In this document: positions 1 to 8,335 of the stretch, in pieces | Position numbering within the stretch: position 1 is the stretch's first letter | How the letters are laid out: each line of letters starts with the position of its first letter | NCBI GenBank assembly: GCA_029880545.1 | Contig: JAOUOD010000002.1 | Coordinates: 200,767 to 264,766 of the forward strand | DNA: 64,000 bases | Source: Gammaproteobacteria bacterium | GTDB lineage: Bacteria; Pseudomonadota; Gammaproteobacteria; Acidiferrobacterales; SZUA-150 | Direction of reading: 5' to 3' | Translations under genes and position numbers: made by a program | The notes under the pieces: model-generated | Seen by the model: only the letters and a program-made list of their open reading frames with translations | Told to the model about the DNA's origin: nothing | Database searches by the model: none

Positions 1-858
1 GTGTTTGCGATCCAGGACGAGTTGCGCACAAAGATCATTGCCGCCCTGTCCATTGTCCTGACCAACAAGGAAAAGCAGCGAATCGCCCGCCGCTACACTC
101 ACAGCATTGATGCCTACGACAGCTTCCTGAAAGGACAGTCCTACCTAGTCAAGCAAACCCGGGCAGACACAGTTATTGCCCGGCAACATTTCCAACGCGC
201 CATCGACAGCGACCCCGGCTTCGCACGCGCCTACAGTGGACTGGCACTGGCTTATGAAAATGAATACCGCTTCGGCTGGTCTGACAATCCAGGACAAACC
301 GCAAAGCTGGCACTCGCTAAAGGCATGCAGGCACTGGGACTGGACAAGGAATCGCCTCAAACCCATTGGGTCCTGGGAACTGTCTACCTGTTTGTCAGCG
401 GTGATCACGACCAGGCCATTGCCATGGGCGAGGCCACCATCGATATCGATCCCAATCATGCTGATGGCCTGATGTTACTGGCGGTAACCTATGCCTTTGG
501 AGGTGAACCGGACAGGGCCATTGCGCTGGTGGAAAAAGCCAAGCGACTCAACCCGTTTTACCCGTCGCAGTATCCATCGGTGCTAGGGCTTGCCAACCTG
601 CTGACAGGAAGATACGACAGCGCGATCACGGCTTACGAGGAATCCATTGCCATTAATCCAGTTCGAATCCAGCCCAACGTGTACCTGGTCGCCGCCTATG
701 TGCGCAGTGGGCAAATGGAGCATGCGCGCTGGCAGGCAGACAGGATCAGGGCGGATTTTCCCGGGTTTGACCTGGAACGCTGGGCCAGGCATCAACCTTA
801 TCGGGACAGGACCACGATGGCCGCCATACTTGCCGACATCAGGCAAGCCGGGCTATGA
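1..858 (+). CDS. TPR-repeat protein, C-terminal fragment (5' end lies outside the window)
   Basis: The ORF is open from base 1 in frame 1. It contains repeated TPR-like helical pairs (AYDSFLKGQSYL, ARQHFQRAIDSDPGFARAYSGLALAY, AIAMGEATIDIDPNHADGLMLLAVTY, AIALVEKAKRLNP, AITAYEESIAINP). The stop codon is at 856-858. Confidence 0.6.
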   Translation: MFAIQDELRTKIIAALSIVLTNKEKQRIARRYTHSIDAYDSFLKGQSYLVKQTRADTVIARQHFQRAIDSDPGFARAYSGLALAYENEYRFGWSDNPGQTAKLALAKGMQALGLDKESPQTHWVLGTVYLFVSGDHDQAIAMGEATIDIDPNHADGLMLLAVTYAFGGEPDRAIALVEKAKRLNPFYPSQYPSVLGLANLLTGRYDSAITAYEESIAINPVRIQPNVYLVAAYVRSGQMEHARWQADRIRADFPGFDLERWARHQPYRDRTTMAAILADIRQAGL

Positions 859-869
859 CACATTACGCG

Positions 870-1457
870 TCAGGCCAGGTCTCCGGCCAATGAGTCACGG
901 GTTGCTGTTGCAACCGGCTTAATGGCCAGTGTGCAGTTTTCATGATCCACGCCCATGTTGATATCGGCACCGTTTTTTACTGCTGCCGCCATCTCCGCGG
1001 TCAGCTCGAAGCGAACAAAGTGTACTGATGACGTCTTTTCCTCGGTCTCACGCTCCAGGTCTTCATCGGCGATAGCATAAACCTTGTCCATACCATCCAC
1101 CTGTACCCACAACCGGTCCTCGATACCCACCAGAGTGGCCAGCACTTTCTTGCGCTCTTCCACGTCTTCATATTCGATCATGAAAGTAGCCTTGAAATTG
1201 CCGCCATCGGGAATCAGCGGGTTATAGGCATCCAGCTCTTCCTGTATACCATCAGCCTCAAAAATTTTTTCAATGCGCAGCATTTCCTGGACCTGGTACT
1301 GCATGGTCAGCCTGTCTTCAAAGTACAGCGTGATATGCTCGTTCAGGTGAACCTTGCGCGGTTTTTTGTGTTCCAGCACCCTCGCCCGGAACTGCGGACG
1401 CTGCTGCGAATACTCTTCAAGACTCAGCAGGTCCTGCCTGTTTAAATGGTTACTCAT
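870..1457 (-). CDS. DUF3501-family protein (unknown function)
   Basis: 195-aa ORF starting 12 nt downstream of the Fe-S gene on the same strand. From memory, its sequence and its position next to an HdrD-like Fe-S protein and a rubrerythrin match the DUF3501 family. No catalytic motif was recognised. Confidence 0.6.
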   Translation of the reverse strand: MSNHLNRQDLLSLEEYSQQRPQFRARVLEHKKPRKVHLNEHITLYFEDRLTMQYQVQEMLRIEKIFEADGIQEELDAYNPLIPDGGNFKATFMIEYEDVEERKKVLATLVGIEDRLWVQVDGMDKVYAIADEDLERETEEKTSSVHFVRFELTAEMAAAVKNGADINMGVDHENCTLAIKPVATATRDSLAGDLA

Positions 1458-1468
1458 GTCACACCTCT

Positions 1469-2809
1469 CTAGATTCCGTATGCCTTGCGCAACAAGCTGA
1501 TGGGATGCTCGGAGACAAAACCGTCGTCCATGCCATTTTCAATTTGCTTGCCGGCCATAGGGCAATCGCTGCCATAATGATCCGGCTCAAACTGTTTTGT
1601 CCTGTTGATGACCGGGCGGCATATCTTCATGGAAATATCGTGATACTCCTTTTTCACGGCATAAGTGCCATCATGTCCGGAACACCGTTCAATAGCCTCA
1701 ATCTCCGTATCCGGCACAAGCCGGAGAATATCGCGGGTTTTCATGCCGATATTCTGCACACGCTGGTGGCAGGCAACATGATAGGCCACCTTGCCCAGGC
1801 TGTTCCTGAATTCGGTGTTGAGCTTGCCATCCTTGTGTCGAAGCGCCAGGTACTCAAACGGATCATAGATGGCGTTCTTGACTGCCAGCACATCGGCATC
1901 GCCAGGAAACATCAGCGGCAGCTCCTGCTTGAACATCAACACGCAGGACGGTACCGGCGCAATAATGTCATAACCATCATCGACCAGCTTCTTCAGGACC
2001 GGAATGTTGGCATCCTTGGCGCTGGCTACCGCATCGAGATCACCCAGCTCCAGCTTGGGCATGCCACAGCACTGCTCCTTTTCGGCCAGCACAACCGGAA
2101 TGCCGTTGTGCTCGAGGATTGCTGCCAGGTCTTCGCCTATATCCGGCGCATTGCGGCTGCCATAACAGGTCGCGAACAACGCCACCTTGCCGGTGGTCTT
2201 GCCTGCTGCTTCGGCAGTATTGTTACTCTTGTGTGAGCGCATGCGTTTTTGCAGCGTATTGTTGTGATACTCAGGCAAGGATGCTTTTGAAGACACACCC
2301 AGAACGCTTTCCAGCAGTTTGCGCGTGACGCCATTTTTGTTTGCAGTATTGACGATGCCTGATACAACAGGAATACCCGCCAGGCTACCGACAGCGTCGG
2401 TGCTGGACAGAATCTTGTCGCGAAGACTGGCGCCCTCTTTTTTATAACGTACGGCCTTTGCTCGCAGCATCAGGTGCGGAAAATCCACTTTCCATTCGTG
2501 AGGTGGTACATAGGGGCACTTGGTCATGTAACACAGGTCGCACAAATAGCAGTGATCCACCACGTTCCAGTAATCCTTGTGGGCAACACCGTCCACCTCC
2601 ATGGTATCGGATTCGTCCACCAGGTCGAAAAGCGTCGGAAACGCGTTGCACAAACTGACACAGCGACGGCAACCGTGACAGATGTCATAGACACGCTCCA
2701 GTTCGAGCATCAAATCATTTTCATCATAAAAAGCCGGATTTTTCCAATCCAGCGGATGACGGGTTGGTGCGTCGAGACTACCCTCTCTCGTTCCAGCAGG
2801 ACCAGCCAT
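1469..2809 (-). CDS. HdrD/GlpC-like iron-sulfur oxidoreductase (two [4Fe-4S] ferredoxin motifs plus CCG cysteine-rich domains)
   Basis: 446 aa. It has two CxxCxxCxxxCP motifs (CHGCRRCVSLCNAFP, CYLCDLCYMTKCPYVPP) and C-terminal CCG-type motifs (EQCCGMP, ERCSGHDG). Confidence 0.8.
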   Translation of the reverse strand: MAGPAGTREGSLDAPTRHPLDWKNPAFYDENDLMLELERVYDICHGCRRCVSLCNAFPTLFDLVDESDTMEVDGVAHKDYWNVVDHCYLCDLCYMTKCPYVPPHEWKVDFPHLMLRAKAVRYKKEGASLRDKILSSTDAVGSLAGIPVVSGIVNTANKNGVTRKLLESVLGVSSKASLPEYHNNTLQKRMRSHKSNNTAEAAGKTTGKVALFATCYGSRNAPDIGEDLAAILEHNGIPVVLAEKEQCCGMPKLELGDLDAVASAKDANIPVLKKLVDDGYDIIAPVPSCVLMFKQELPLMFPGDADVLAVKNAIYDPFEYLALRHKDGKLNTEFRNSLGKVAYHVACHQRVQNIGMKTRDILRLVPDTEIEAIERCSGHDGTYAVKKEYHDISMKICRPVINRTKQFEPDHYGSDCPMAGKQIENGMDDGFVSEHPISLLRKAYGI

Positions 2810-2844
2810 AGCGTATTACCCCGATAAATTCAGCAAGAGTTGTT

Positions 2845-2879
2845 TGAACAAGATAAAACGGGGCCGGTAAAGGCCCCGT
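2845..2879 (-). terminator. Intrinsic terminator/attenuator-like hairpin between the rubrerythrin gene and the Fe-S gene
   Basis: The minus strand reads ACGGGGCC-TTTACC-GGCCCCGT followed by TTTTATCTTGTT. This is an 8-bp GC-rich stem (2858-2879) followed by a T-rich tract, located in the 96-nt gap after the rbr stop codon. Confidence 0.55.
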
Positions 2880-2905
2880 ATGTCTCTCTTGGCACAGCGG
2901 CCCGA

Positions 2906-3325
2906 TTAACCGTCGAGATTGTCCAGGGCTTTCTGGAAACGGTTGGCGTGGGAACGCTCTGCCTTGGCCAGGGTCTCAAACCAGTCAGCGATTTCATCAA
3001 AGCCTTCATCACGAGCAGACTTGGCCATGCCCGGATACATATCCGTGTACTCATGGGTTTCACCGGCGATGGATGCTTTCAGGTTGTCAGCAGTTGCACC
3101 AATTGGCAGGCCGGTTGCCGGGTCACCGACAGCTTCCAGGTATTCCAGGTGGCCATGTGCGTGGCCGGTTTCGCCTTCTGCGGTAGAACGGAAAACTGCG
3201 GCTACGTCGTTGTAACCTTCAACATCAGCCTTGGCCGCAAAATACAGGTAACGACGGTTGGCCTGGGATTCACCGGCGAACGCATCTTTCAGGTTCTGTT
3301 CGGTCTTGCTACCTTTGAGATCCAT
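2906..3325 (-). CDS. Rubrerythrin-family diiron protein (erythrin type, no rubredoxin domain)
   Basis: 139 aa. The N-terminus ([27 protein letters not shown]) is typical of rubrerythrin. Two ExxH diiron motifs are present ([19 protein letters not shown]). There is no C-terminal CxxC...CxxC module. Confidence 0.88.
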   Translation of the reverse strand: MDLKGSKTEQNLKDAFAGESQANRRYLYFAAKADVEGYNDVAAVFRSTAEGETGHAHGHLEYLEAVGDPATGLPIGATADNLKASIAGETHEYTDMYPGMAKSARDEGFDEIADWFETLAKAERSHANRFQKALDNLDG

Positions 3326-3381
3326 ACTCTTATCTCCATTTCATTTATGTGGTTAGTATCAATTTCGCAACGCGAAACGAA

Positions 3382-3396
3382 TTAGAATGATTCTAA
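3382..3396. promoter_or_regulatory. Fur-family (PerR/Fur-like) 7-1-7 inverted-repeat operator candidate
   Basis: TTAGAAT-G-ATTCTAA is a perfect 7-1-7 palindrome. It matches 6/7 per half-site to the PerR-type TTATAATnATTATAA and 5/7 to the Fur-type TGATAATnATTATCA. It overlaps the predicted -10 of the rbr promoter and lies 57-71 nt upstream of the rbr ATG. Confidence 0.55.
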
Positions 3397-3419
3397 ACAA
3401 AAAGGCCCAAAACTGTCAA
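3390..3419 (-). promoter_or_regulatory. Sigma70-type promoter of the rbr operon
   Basis: The minus strand reads TTGACA (3419-3414), an 18-nt spacer, then TAGAAT (3395-3390). A small 5'-UTR hairpin TTTCGC-AAC-GCGAAA (3363-3377) follows. Confidence 0.6.
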
Positions 3420-3743
3420 ACAGGCTCTCTGGACTGGAACGGCGTGAAGCGGAAGCCGCTAGTGTGCCCCAAACCGGACATTTTCCCAAGCCACATCGCC
3501 CAGCGTCACATCCAGCCCGGTACCCGCATTCCTGGGCAACGCCCCATGCTCAGAAATTACTTCCGGGTTGGAAAACAAGCGATTGATTGGCAAGCTCGAT
3601 TTTTTTCTCCGCCTGTCTTGGAAATTGGCCGAAATCGGGATAAATAGTTGGCTTGCCCGGAAATCTCTACTACTATGTCCTAAGTAATAGGTATCGCAAC
3701 AAAAAACTGAACCAAAAGCCGGAATTAATCGACAGCAAACCAG

Positions 3744-5468
3744 ATGGCCACCCCTAATACGACATCCAATCTCAGCGGTCTGGCGCTGCGCCTTGTTCGC
3801 GATAACCTGCTAAGCACTGCTGACGCTGAACGCTTCCTGGCCGAAGCTCAGAAGAAAAAAACCCCGTTTGTCAGCTGGCTTGTCGACAACAAGAAACTTG
3901 ATGCGGCCACATTGGCTCGAGCCGCTTCCCAGGAATTCGGCGTACCGTTAATGCAGATTACTGCATTCGACCATGAAACCATTCCAACCTCGCTGGTAAA
4001 TGAAAAAATTATTGAACGCCATCGCGCCCTGCCGCTGTTCAAGCGCGGCTCCCGCCTGTTCGTGGCTGTTTCTGACCCCACCAATGTACAAGCCCTGGAT
4101 GAAATAAAATTCAATACAGGTCTCGGCACTGAACCAATTCTGGTTGAAGATGACAAACTGTCAGCAATGATCCAGAAAGTTCAGGATGCAACGGACACCA
4201 CCTTGTCCGACCTGGGCGACGATGACGGGCTGGAAAATCTGGATTTTGCTGACGAAGGCGATGATGCCACGGGCAACGAGACCTCCAATGACGGCGCCAA
4301 TGAAACGCCTATCGTCAAATTCGTAAACAAGGTATTAATCGACGCCATTAACCGTGGCGCATCGGATATACATATCGAGCCGTACGAAAAATCCTACCGC
4401 GTCAGGTATCGGCAAGATGGTGTATTGCAGGAAGTTGCATCACCCCCGCTGGCACTGGCAGCCCGAATCGCCGCACGTTTCAAGATACTTTCGCGCCTCG
4501 ATATTGCCGAACGCCGTGTTCCGCAAGACGGTCGAATGAAAATGCGCCTGTCCAAAAACCGCGCCATAGATTTTCGTGTCAGTACACTGCCGACCCTGTT
4601 TGGCGAAAAGATCGTGCTGCGTATCCTGGATCCAACATCCGCCACCCTCGGTGTAGACAAGCTCGGTTTCGAGACGGACCAGAAAGAAGCCTTCCTCGAT
4701 GCAGTTCATCGCCCCTATGGCATGGTTCTGGTAACAGGTCCAACGGGCTCCGGTAAAACGGTGTCACTCTATACCGCGGTCAATATTCTGAATACACCGG
4801 ACAGAAACATTTCAACTGCAGAAGATCCGGTGGAAATTAACCTTGCCGGTATCAACCAGGTCAACATCAACGAGAAAGCCGGGCTGGATTTCGGTGCCGC
4901 GTTACGTTCGTTCCTTCGCCAGGATCCGGATATCATTCTGGTTGGTGAAATTCGAGACCTTGAGACCGCGTCCATTGCCATCAAGGCTGCCCAAACCGGC
5001 CACATGGTGCTCTCGACACTGCATACAAACAGCGCACCGGCAACCCTGAGCCGCCTGGTCAACATGGGCGTACCGCCATTCAATATTGCATCTGCTATAA
5101 ACCTGATTGTGGCACAACGCCTGGGCCGACGACTTTGCGAGTCTTGCAAAAAACCAGTTGATCTGCCCAAGGAAGCCCTGCTCAAGGCAGGCTTCACCGA
5201 AGAAGACCTTGCCAAGAAACCAACCATCTTCGGTCCCGGCGGTTGCGATACTTGCGGCGGCAGTGGCTACAAAGGCCGAGTCGGTATCTATGAAGTAATG
5301 CCACTCAGTGAGGCTATCGGCGAAATTATTATGCGCGGCGGCAACGAGCTCGACGTTGAAAAACAGATGATCAAGGACGGCGTCACACCCCTGCGCCGGT
5401 CAGGACTGGTCAAGATACTCAAAGGCATCACCAGCCTTGAAGAAGTAGAGCGCGTAACCAACCAGTAG
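3744..5468 (+). CDS. pilB: Type IV pilus assembly ATPase PilB
   Basis: 574 aa. It has a Walker A motif (GPTGSGKT), a GspE/PilB-type core (ILVGEIRD, HMVLSTLHTN) and a C-terminal tetracysteine motif (CESC...CDTCGGSGYKGR). It is followed by pilC and pilD. Confidence 0.95.
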   Translation: MATPNTTSNLSGLALRLVRDNLLSTADAERFLAEAQKKKTPFVSWLVDNKKLDAATLARAASQEFGVPLMQITAFDHETIPTSLVNEKIIERHRALPLFKRGSRLFVAVSDPTNVQALDEIKFNTGLGTEPILVEDDKLSAMIQKVQDATDTTLSDLGDDDGLENLDFADEGDDATGNETSNDGANETPIVKFVNKVLIDAINRGASDIHIEPYEKSYRVRYRQDGVLQEVASPPLALAARIAARFKILSRLDIAERRVPQDGRMKMRLSKNRAIDFRVSTLPTLFGEKIVLRILDPTSATLGVDKLGFETDQKEAFLDAVHRPYGMVLVTGPTGSGKTVSLYTAVNILNTPDRNISTAEDPVEINLAGINQVNINEKAGLDFGAALRSFLRQDPDIILVGEIRDLETASIAIKAAQTGHMVLSTLHTNSAPATLSRLVNMGVPPFNIASAINLIVAQRLGRRLCESCKKPVDLPKEALLKAGFTEEDLAKKPTIFGPGGCDTCGGSGYKGRVGIYEVMPLSEAIGEIIMRGGNELDVEKQMIKDGVTPLRRSGLVKILKGITSLEEVERVTNQ

Positions 5469-5543
5469 TCACAATCGCGCGGCGAATCGATAACAATTTC
5501 TCTATTTCCTTGAACGCTAGATAGAGGCAGGACACCAAAAGCC

Positions 5544-6770
5544 ATGGCAAAGGCAGCAGCAAAACCAAAAAACGAAACGTTTGTCTGGGAAGGCACCGAT
5601 CGCAAGGGCAAAAAGATCAAGGGTGAAATGGATGGCGCCAGTATTGCCATCGTCAATGCCATGCTTCGTCGACAAGGTGTCAACCCGACCAAGGTTCGCA
5701 AAAAACCGAAGGCACTTTTTGGTGGCGGCAAGAAAAAAATCACGCCAAAGGACGTCAGCATATTTACACGTCAGCTCGCAACCATGATTGCGGCGGGCAT
5801 ACCCATTGCCCAGGCATTTGATATTGTCGGCAAGGGCCATGAAAATCCTGGCATGCGCGAGCTCATCACCAGCATCAAGCAGGATGTTGAAAGCGGTACC
5901 AACCTGACCCAGGCGCTGTCCAAGCACCCACTTCAGTTTAACGCCCTGTACTGCAACCTGGTGCAGGCCGGTGAAGCTGCCGGTATTCTTGACTCCATCC
6001 TTGATGAGCTGGCCACTTACCAGGAAAAAATCGAAGGCATCAAGAGCAAGATCAAGTCGGCTCTATTTTATCCGACCGCGGTAGTTGTGGTTGCGTTTGT
6101 AATCACAACTATTCTTCTGGTCTACGTTATTCCGCAATTCGAATCCCTGTTCAAGGGATTCGGCGCCGACCTGCCGGCACTGACAAAATTCGTGATTGAA
6201 CTCTCGGAATTCTTCCAGGTCTGGTGGTATGCAATGTTTGGCGGCATTATCGGTGGCGTTGTTTTGATGGCCAATGCCTACAAGCGGTCAGCAAAGATGC
6301 AGTACAGCTTTGACCGCGGTATTCTCCGCGCCCCGGTAGTCGGTGATATTGTACGCAAGGCTACCATCGCCCGGTTTTGTCGCACGCTGGCTACCATGTT
6401 TGCCGCCGGCGTTCCCCTGGTCGAAGCGCTGGATTCCGTCGCCGGCGCGGCGGGCAACCGGGTATACTATGACGGTACCATGGCCATCAAGGTGGATGTC
6501 AGCGGTGGCACCCAGTTGGTCAACGCCATGACCACAACCGGCCTGTTCCCCAACATGGTCTGCCAAATGGTCGCCATCGGCGAAGAATCCGGTGAACTGG
6601 ATACCATGCTGGGCAAGGTTGCCTCGTTTTACGAACAAGAGGTGGATGATGCTGTCGAAGGATTGTCGAGCCTGCTTGAGCCTATCATTATGGCATTCCT
6701 TGGCGTCGTAATCGGTGGGCTTGTTATTGCCATGTACCTGCCAATCTTCAAAATGGCTTCAGCAGTATAA
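5544..6770 (+). CDS. pilC: Type IV pilus inner-membrane platform protein PilC
   Basis: 408 aa with a duplicated GspF/PilC-type domain and three TM segments. It sits in the pilB-pilC-pilD context. Confidence 0.93.
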   Translation: MAKAAAKPKNETFVWEGTDRKGKKIKGEMDGASIAIVNAMLRRQGVNPTKVRKKPKALFGGGKKKITPKDVSIFTRQLATMIAAGIPIAQAFDIVGKGHENPGMRELITSIKQDVESGTNLTQALSKHPLQFNALYCNLVQAGEAAGILDSILDELATYQEKIEGIKSKIKSALFYPTAVVVVAFVITTILLVYVIPQFESLFKGFGADLPALTKFVIELSEFFQVWWYAMFGGIIGGVVLMANAYKRSAKMQYSFDRGILRAPVVGDIVRKATIARFCRTLATMFAAGVPLVEALDSVAGAAGNRVYYDGTMAIKVDVSGGTQLVNAMTTTGLFPNMVCQMVAIGEESGELDTMLGKVASFYEQEVDDAVEGLSSLLEPIIMAFLGVVIGGLVIAMYLPIFKMASAV

Positions 6771-6823
6771 ACTCGAACAACGGGCAGCCATTACCAGCTT
6801 GAACCCGGGAGCCGGATAAGGCC

Positions 6824-7717
6824 ATGGAATTACTGGCACAGTTTTATCAATTGCATACCACAACCGCACTTGGGCTGGTCGCACTGTTCTCGTTAATGGT
6901 CGGCAGCTTTCTCAACGTCGTAGTCCATCGCCTGCCGATTATGCTTGACCGAGAATGGCGTAGTCAGTGCCTGGAGTTCCTGGATCACCCGGAACCTGAC
7001 ACTAATCGGGCCGTGCCGGATAAATATAATCTCGTTTTTCCACGCTCATCATGTCCGCAATGCGGGCACCAGATTGATGCCTGGCAGAACATACCGGTTT
7101 TGAGCTATCTGCTGCAAAAAGGAAAATGCCGGCACTGCGACAAGCCCATCTCGCCGAGATACCCGGTTACAGAGATTATGACAATGATTCTGTCTGTCAT
7201 CGTCATTGGCCAACTGGGGCCAAACTGGCATTCCGTTTCATTCCTGTTTCTCACCTGGTCCCTGATTGCACTATCCCTTATAGATTTCGATCACAAACTT
7301 CTTCCTGACGACATCACGCTTCCGGTAATGTGGGCAGGGTTGGCGCTTGCCTTGACCGGCATTGGACCAGTGGATGTGAAATCCTCCCTGGCAGGAGCAA
7401 TAATCGGCTACGGCAGCCTGTGGCTGATTTTTCAGCTGTTTCGCCTTGCCACAGGCAAGGAAGGAATGGGTTATGGCGATTTCAAGCTGTTTGCCCTGCT
7501 CGGCGCATGGCTGGGCTGGCAACAGCTGCCGCTGATTATTATTCTCTCTTCCTTTGTTGGTGCCGCAGTCGGTATTGGCAATATTCTCATACGCAACCAT
7601 CATCGCAGTACACCGATACCATTTGGGCCATTTCTCTGTGCGGCCGGCTTTATTGCCATGCTCTGGGGCGATACGCTGATCGACCAGTACCTTCAGCTCA
7701 TGAGAATTCGTTTCTAG
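6824..7717 (+). CDS. pilD: Prepilin peptidase / N-methyltransferase PilD
   Basis: 297 aa. It has the cysteine pairs CPQCGH...CRHCDKPI and a polytopic membrane domain carrying the GYGDFKL active-site Asp motif. Confidence 0.93.
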   Translation: MELLAQFYQLHTTTALGLVALFSLMVGSFLNVVVHRLPIMLDREWRSQCLEFLDHPEPDTNRAVPDKYNLVFPRSSCPQCGHQIDAWQNIPVLSYLLQKGKCRHCDKPISPRYPVTEIMTMILSVIVIGQLGPNWHSVSFLFLTWSLIALSLIDFDHKLLPDDITLPVMWAGLALALTGIGPVDVKSSLAGAIIGYGSLWLIFQLFRLATGKEGMGYGDFKLFALLGAWLGWQQLPLIIILSSFVGAAVGIGNILIRNHHRSTPIPFGPFLCAAGFIAMLWGDTLIDQYLQLMRIRF

Positions 7718-7726
7718 GATTTGCAA

Positions 7727-8335
7727 ATGCTCAAGGTTGGTTTAACCGGTGGCATAGGTAGCGGAAAATCGACGGTATCCGGATATTTCCGGGAGCTTGG
7801 TGTTCCTGTTATTGACGCGGATGAGATCGGACATGAACTGTCCAGACAGGGTAATGCCGGATATAACGCCATCATTTCCGAATTTGGTGACTCAATTCTT
7901 GAAAAAAGCGGGCAGCTCGATCGGGCCCATCTTCGGCGACTTGTTTTCACGCAACCTGTCCAACGCAAAAGGCTGGAAGCCGTTCTTCACCCGCTGATCC
8001 GCGATGAAATTCTCCGCCAGGTTTCAATGTCAAGCGACTCACCTTACTGTATTATCGTCGTACCACTGCTTGTCGAAACCGATTTTCATAATTTGGTCGA
8101 CAGGATTGCGGTTATCGACACTACTGAAAAAAACCAGATCGAAAGAGTCATGCAGCGCAACCGTTTGGCCCGAGAACAGGTTGAACAGATCATTGCCGCC
8201 CAGGCAGCGGGATCAAAGCGACTACGCCATGCAGACGATATAATCAGGAATAATGGTGGTCCCGAGATACTTTTCAGACAAGTACAGGCGCTGCATCAAA
8301 ATTACCTGGCTCTTGCGGAGTCAGTTGCAGACTAG
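7727..8335 (+). CDS. coaE: Dephospho-CoA kinase
   Basis: P-loop GLTGGIGSGKST at the N-terminus. The ATG at 7727 has AGGA 8 nt upstream. The ORF track starts at a TTG at 7721. coaE after pilD is the conserved position. Confidence 0.9.
   Translation: MLKVGLTGGIGSGKSTVSGYFRELGVPVIDADEIGHELSRQGNAGYNAIISEFGDSILEKSGQLDRAHLRRLVFTQPVQRKRLEAVLHPLIRDEILRQVSMSSDSPYCIIVVPLLVETDFHNLVDRIAVIDTTEKNQIERVMQRNRLAREQVEQIIAAQAAGSKRLRHADDIIRNNGGPEILFRQVQALHQNYLALAESVAD

Noticed and set aside
3590-3610. TGGCA-containing sequence upstream of pilB, considered as a sigma54 (-24/-12) promoter.
   Set aside because: The required GG-N10-GC spacing is not met: TT occupies the -12 position.
3387-3647. 86-aa ORF in the rbr/pilB intergenic region, considered as a possible pilin or regulator.
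   Set aside because: It has no Shine-Dalgarno, no prepilin leader, no hydrophobic N-terminal helix and no helix-turn-helix-like segment. Its start overlaps the palindromic operator and promoter of rbr.
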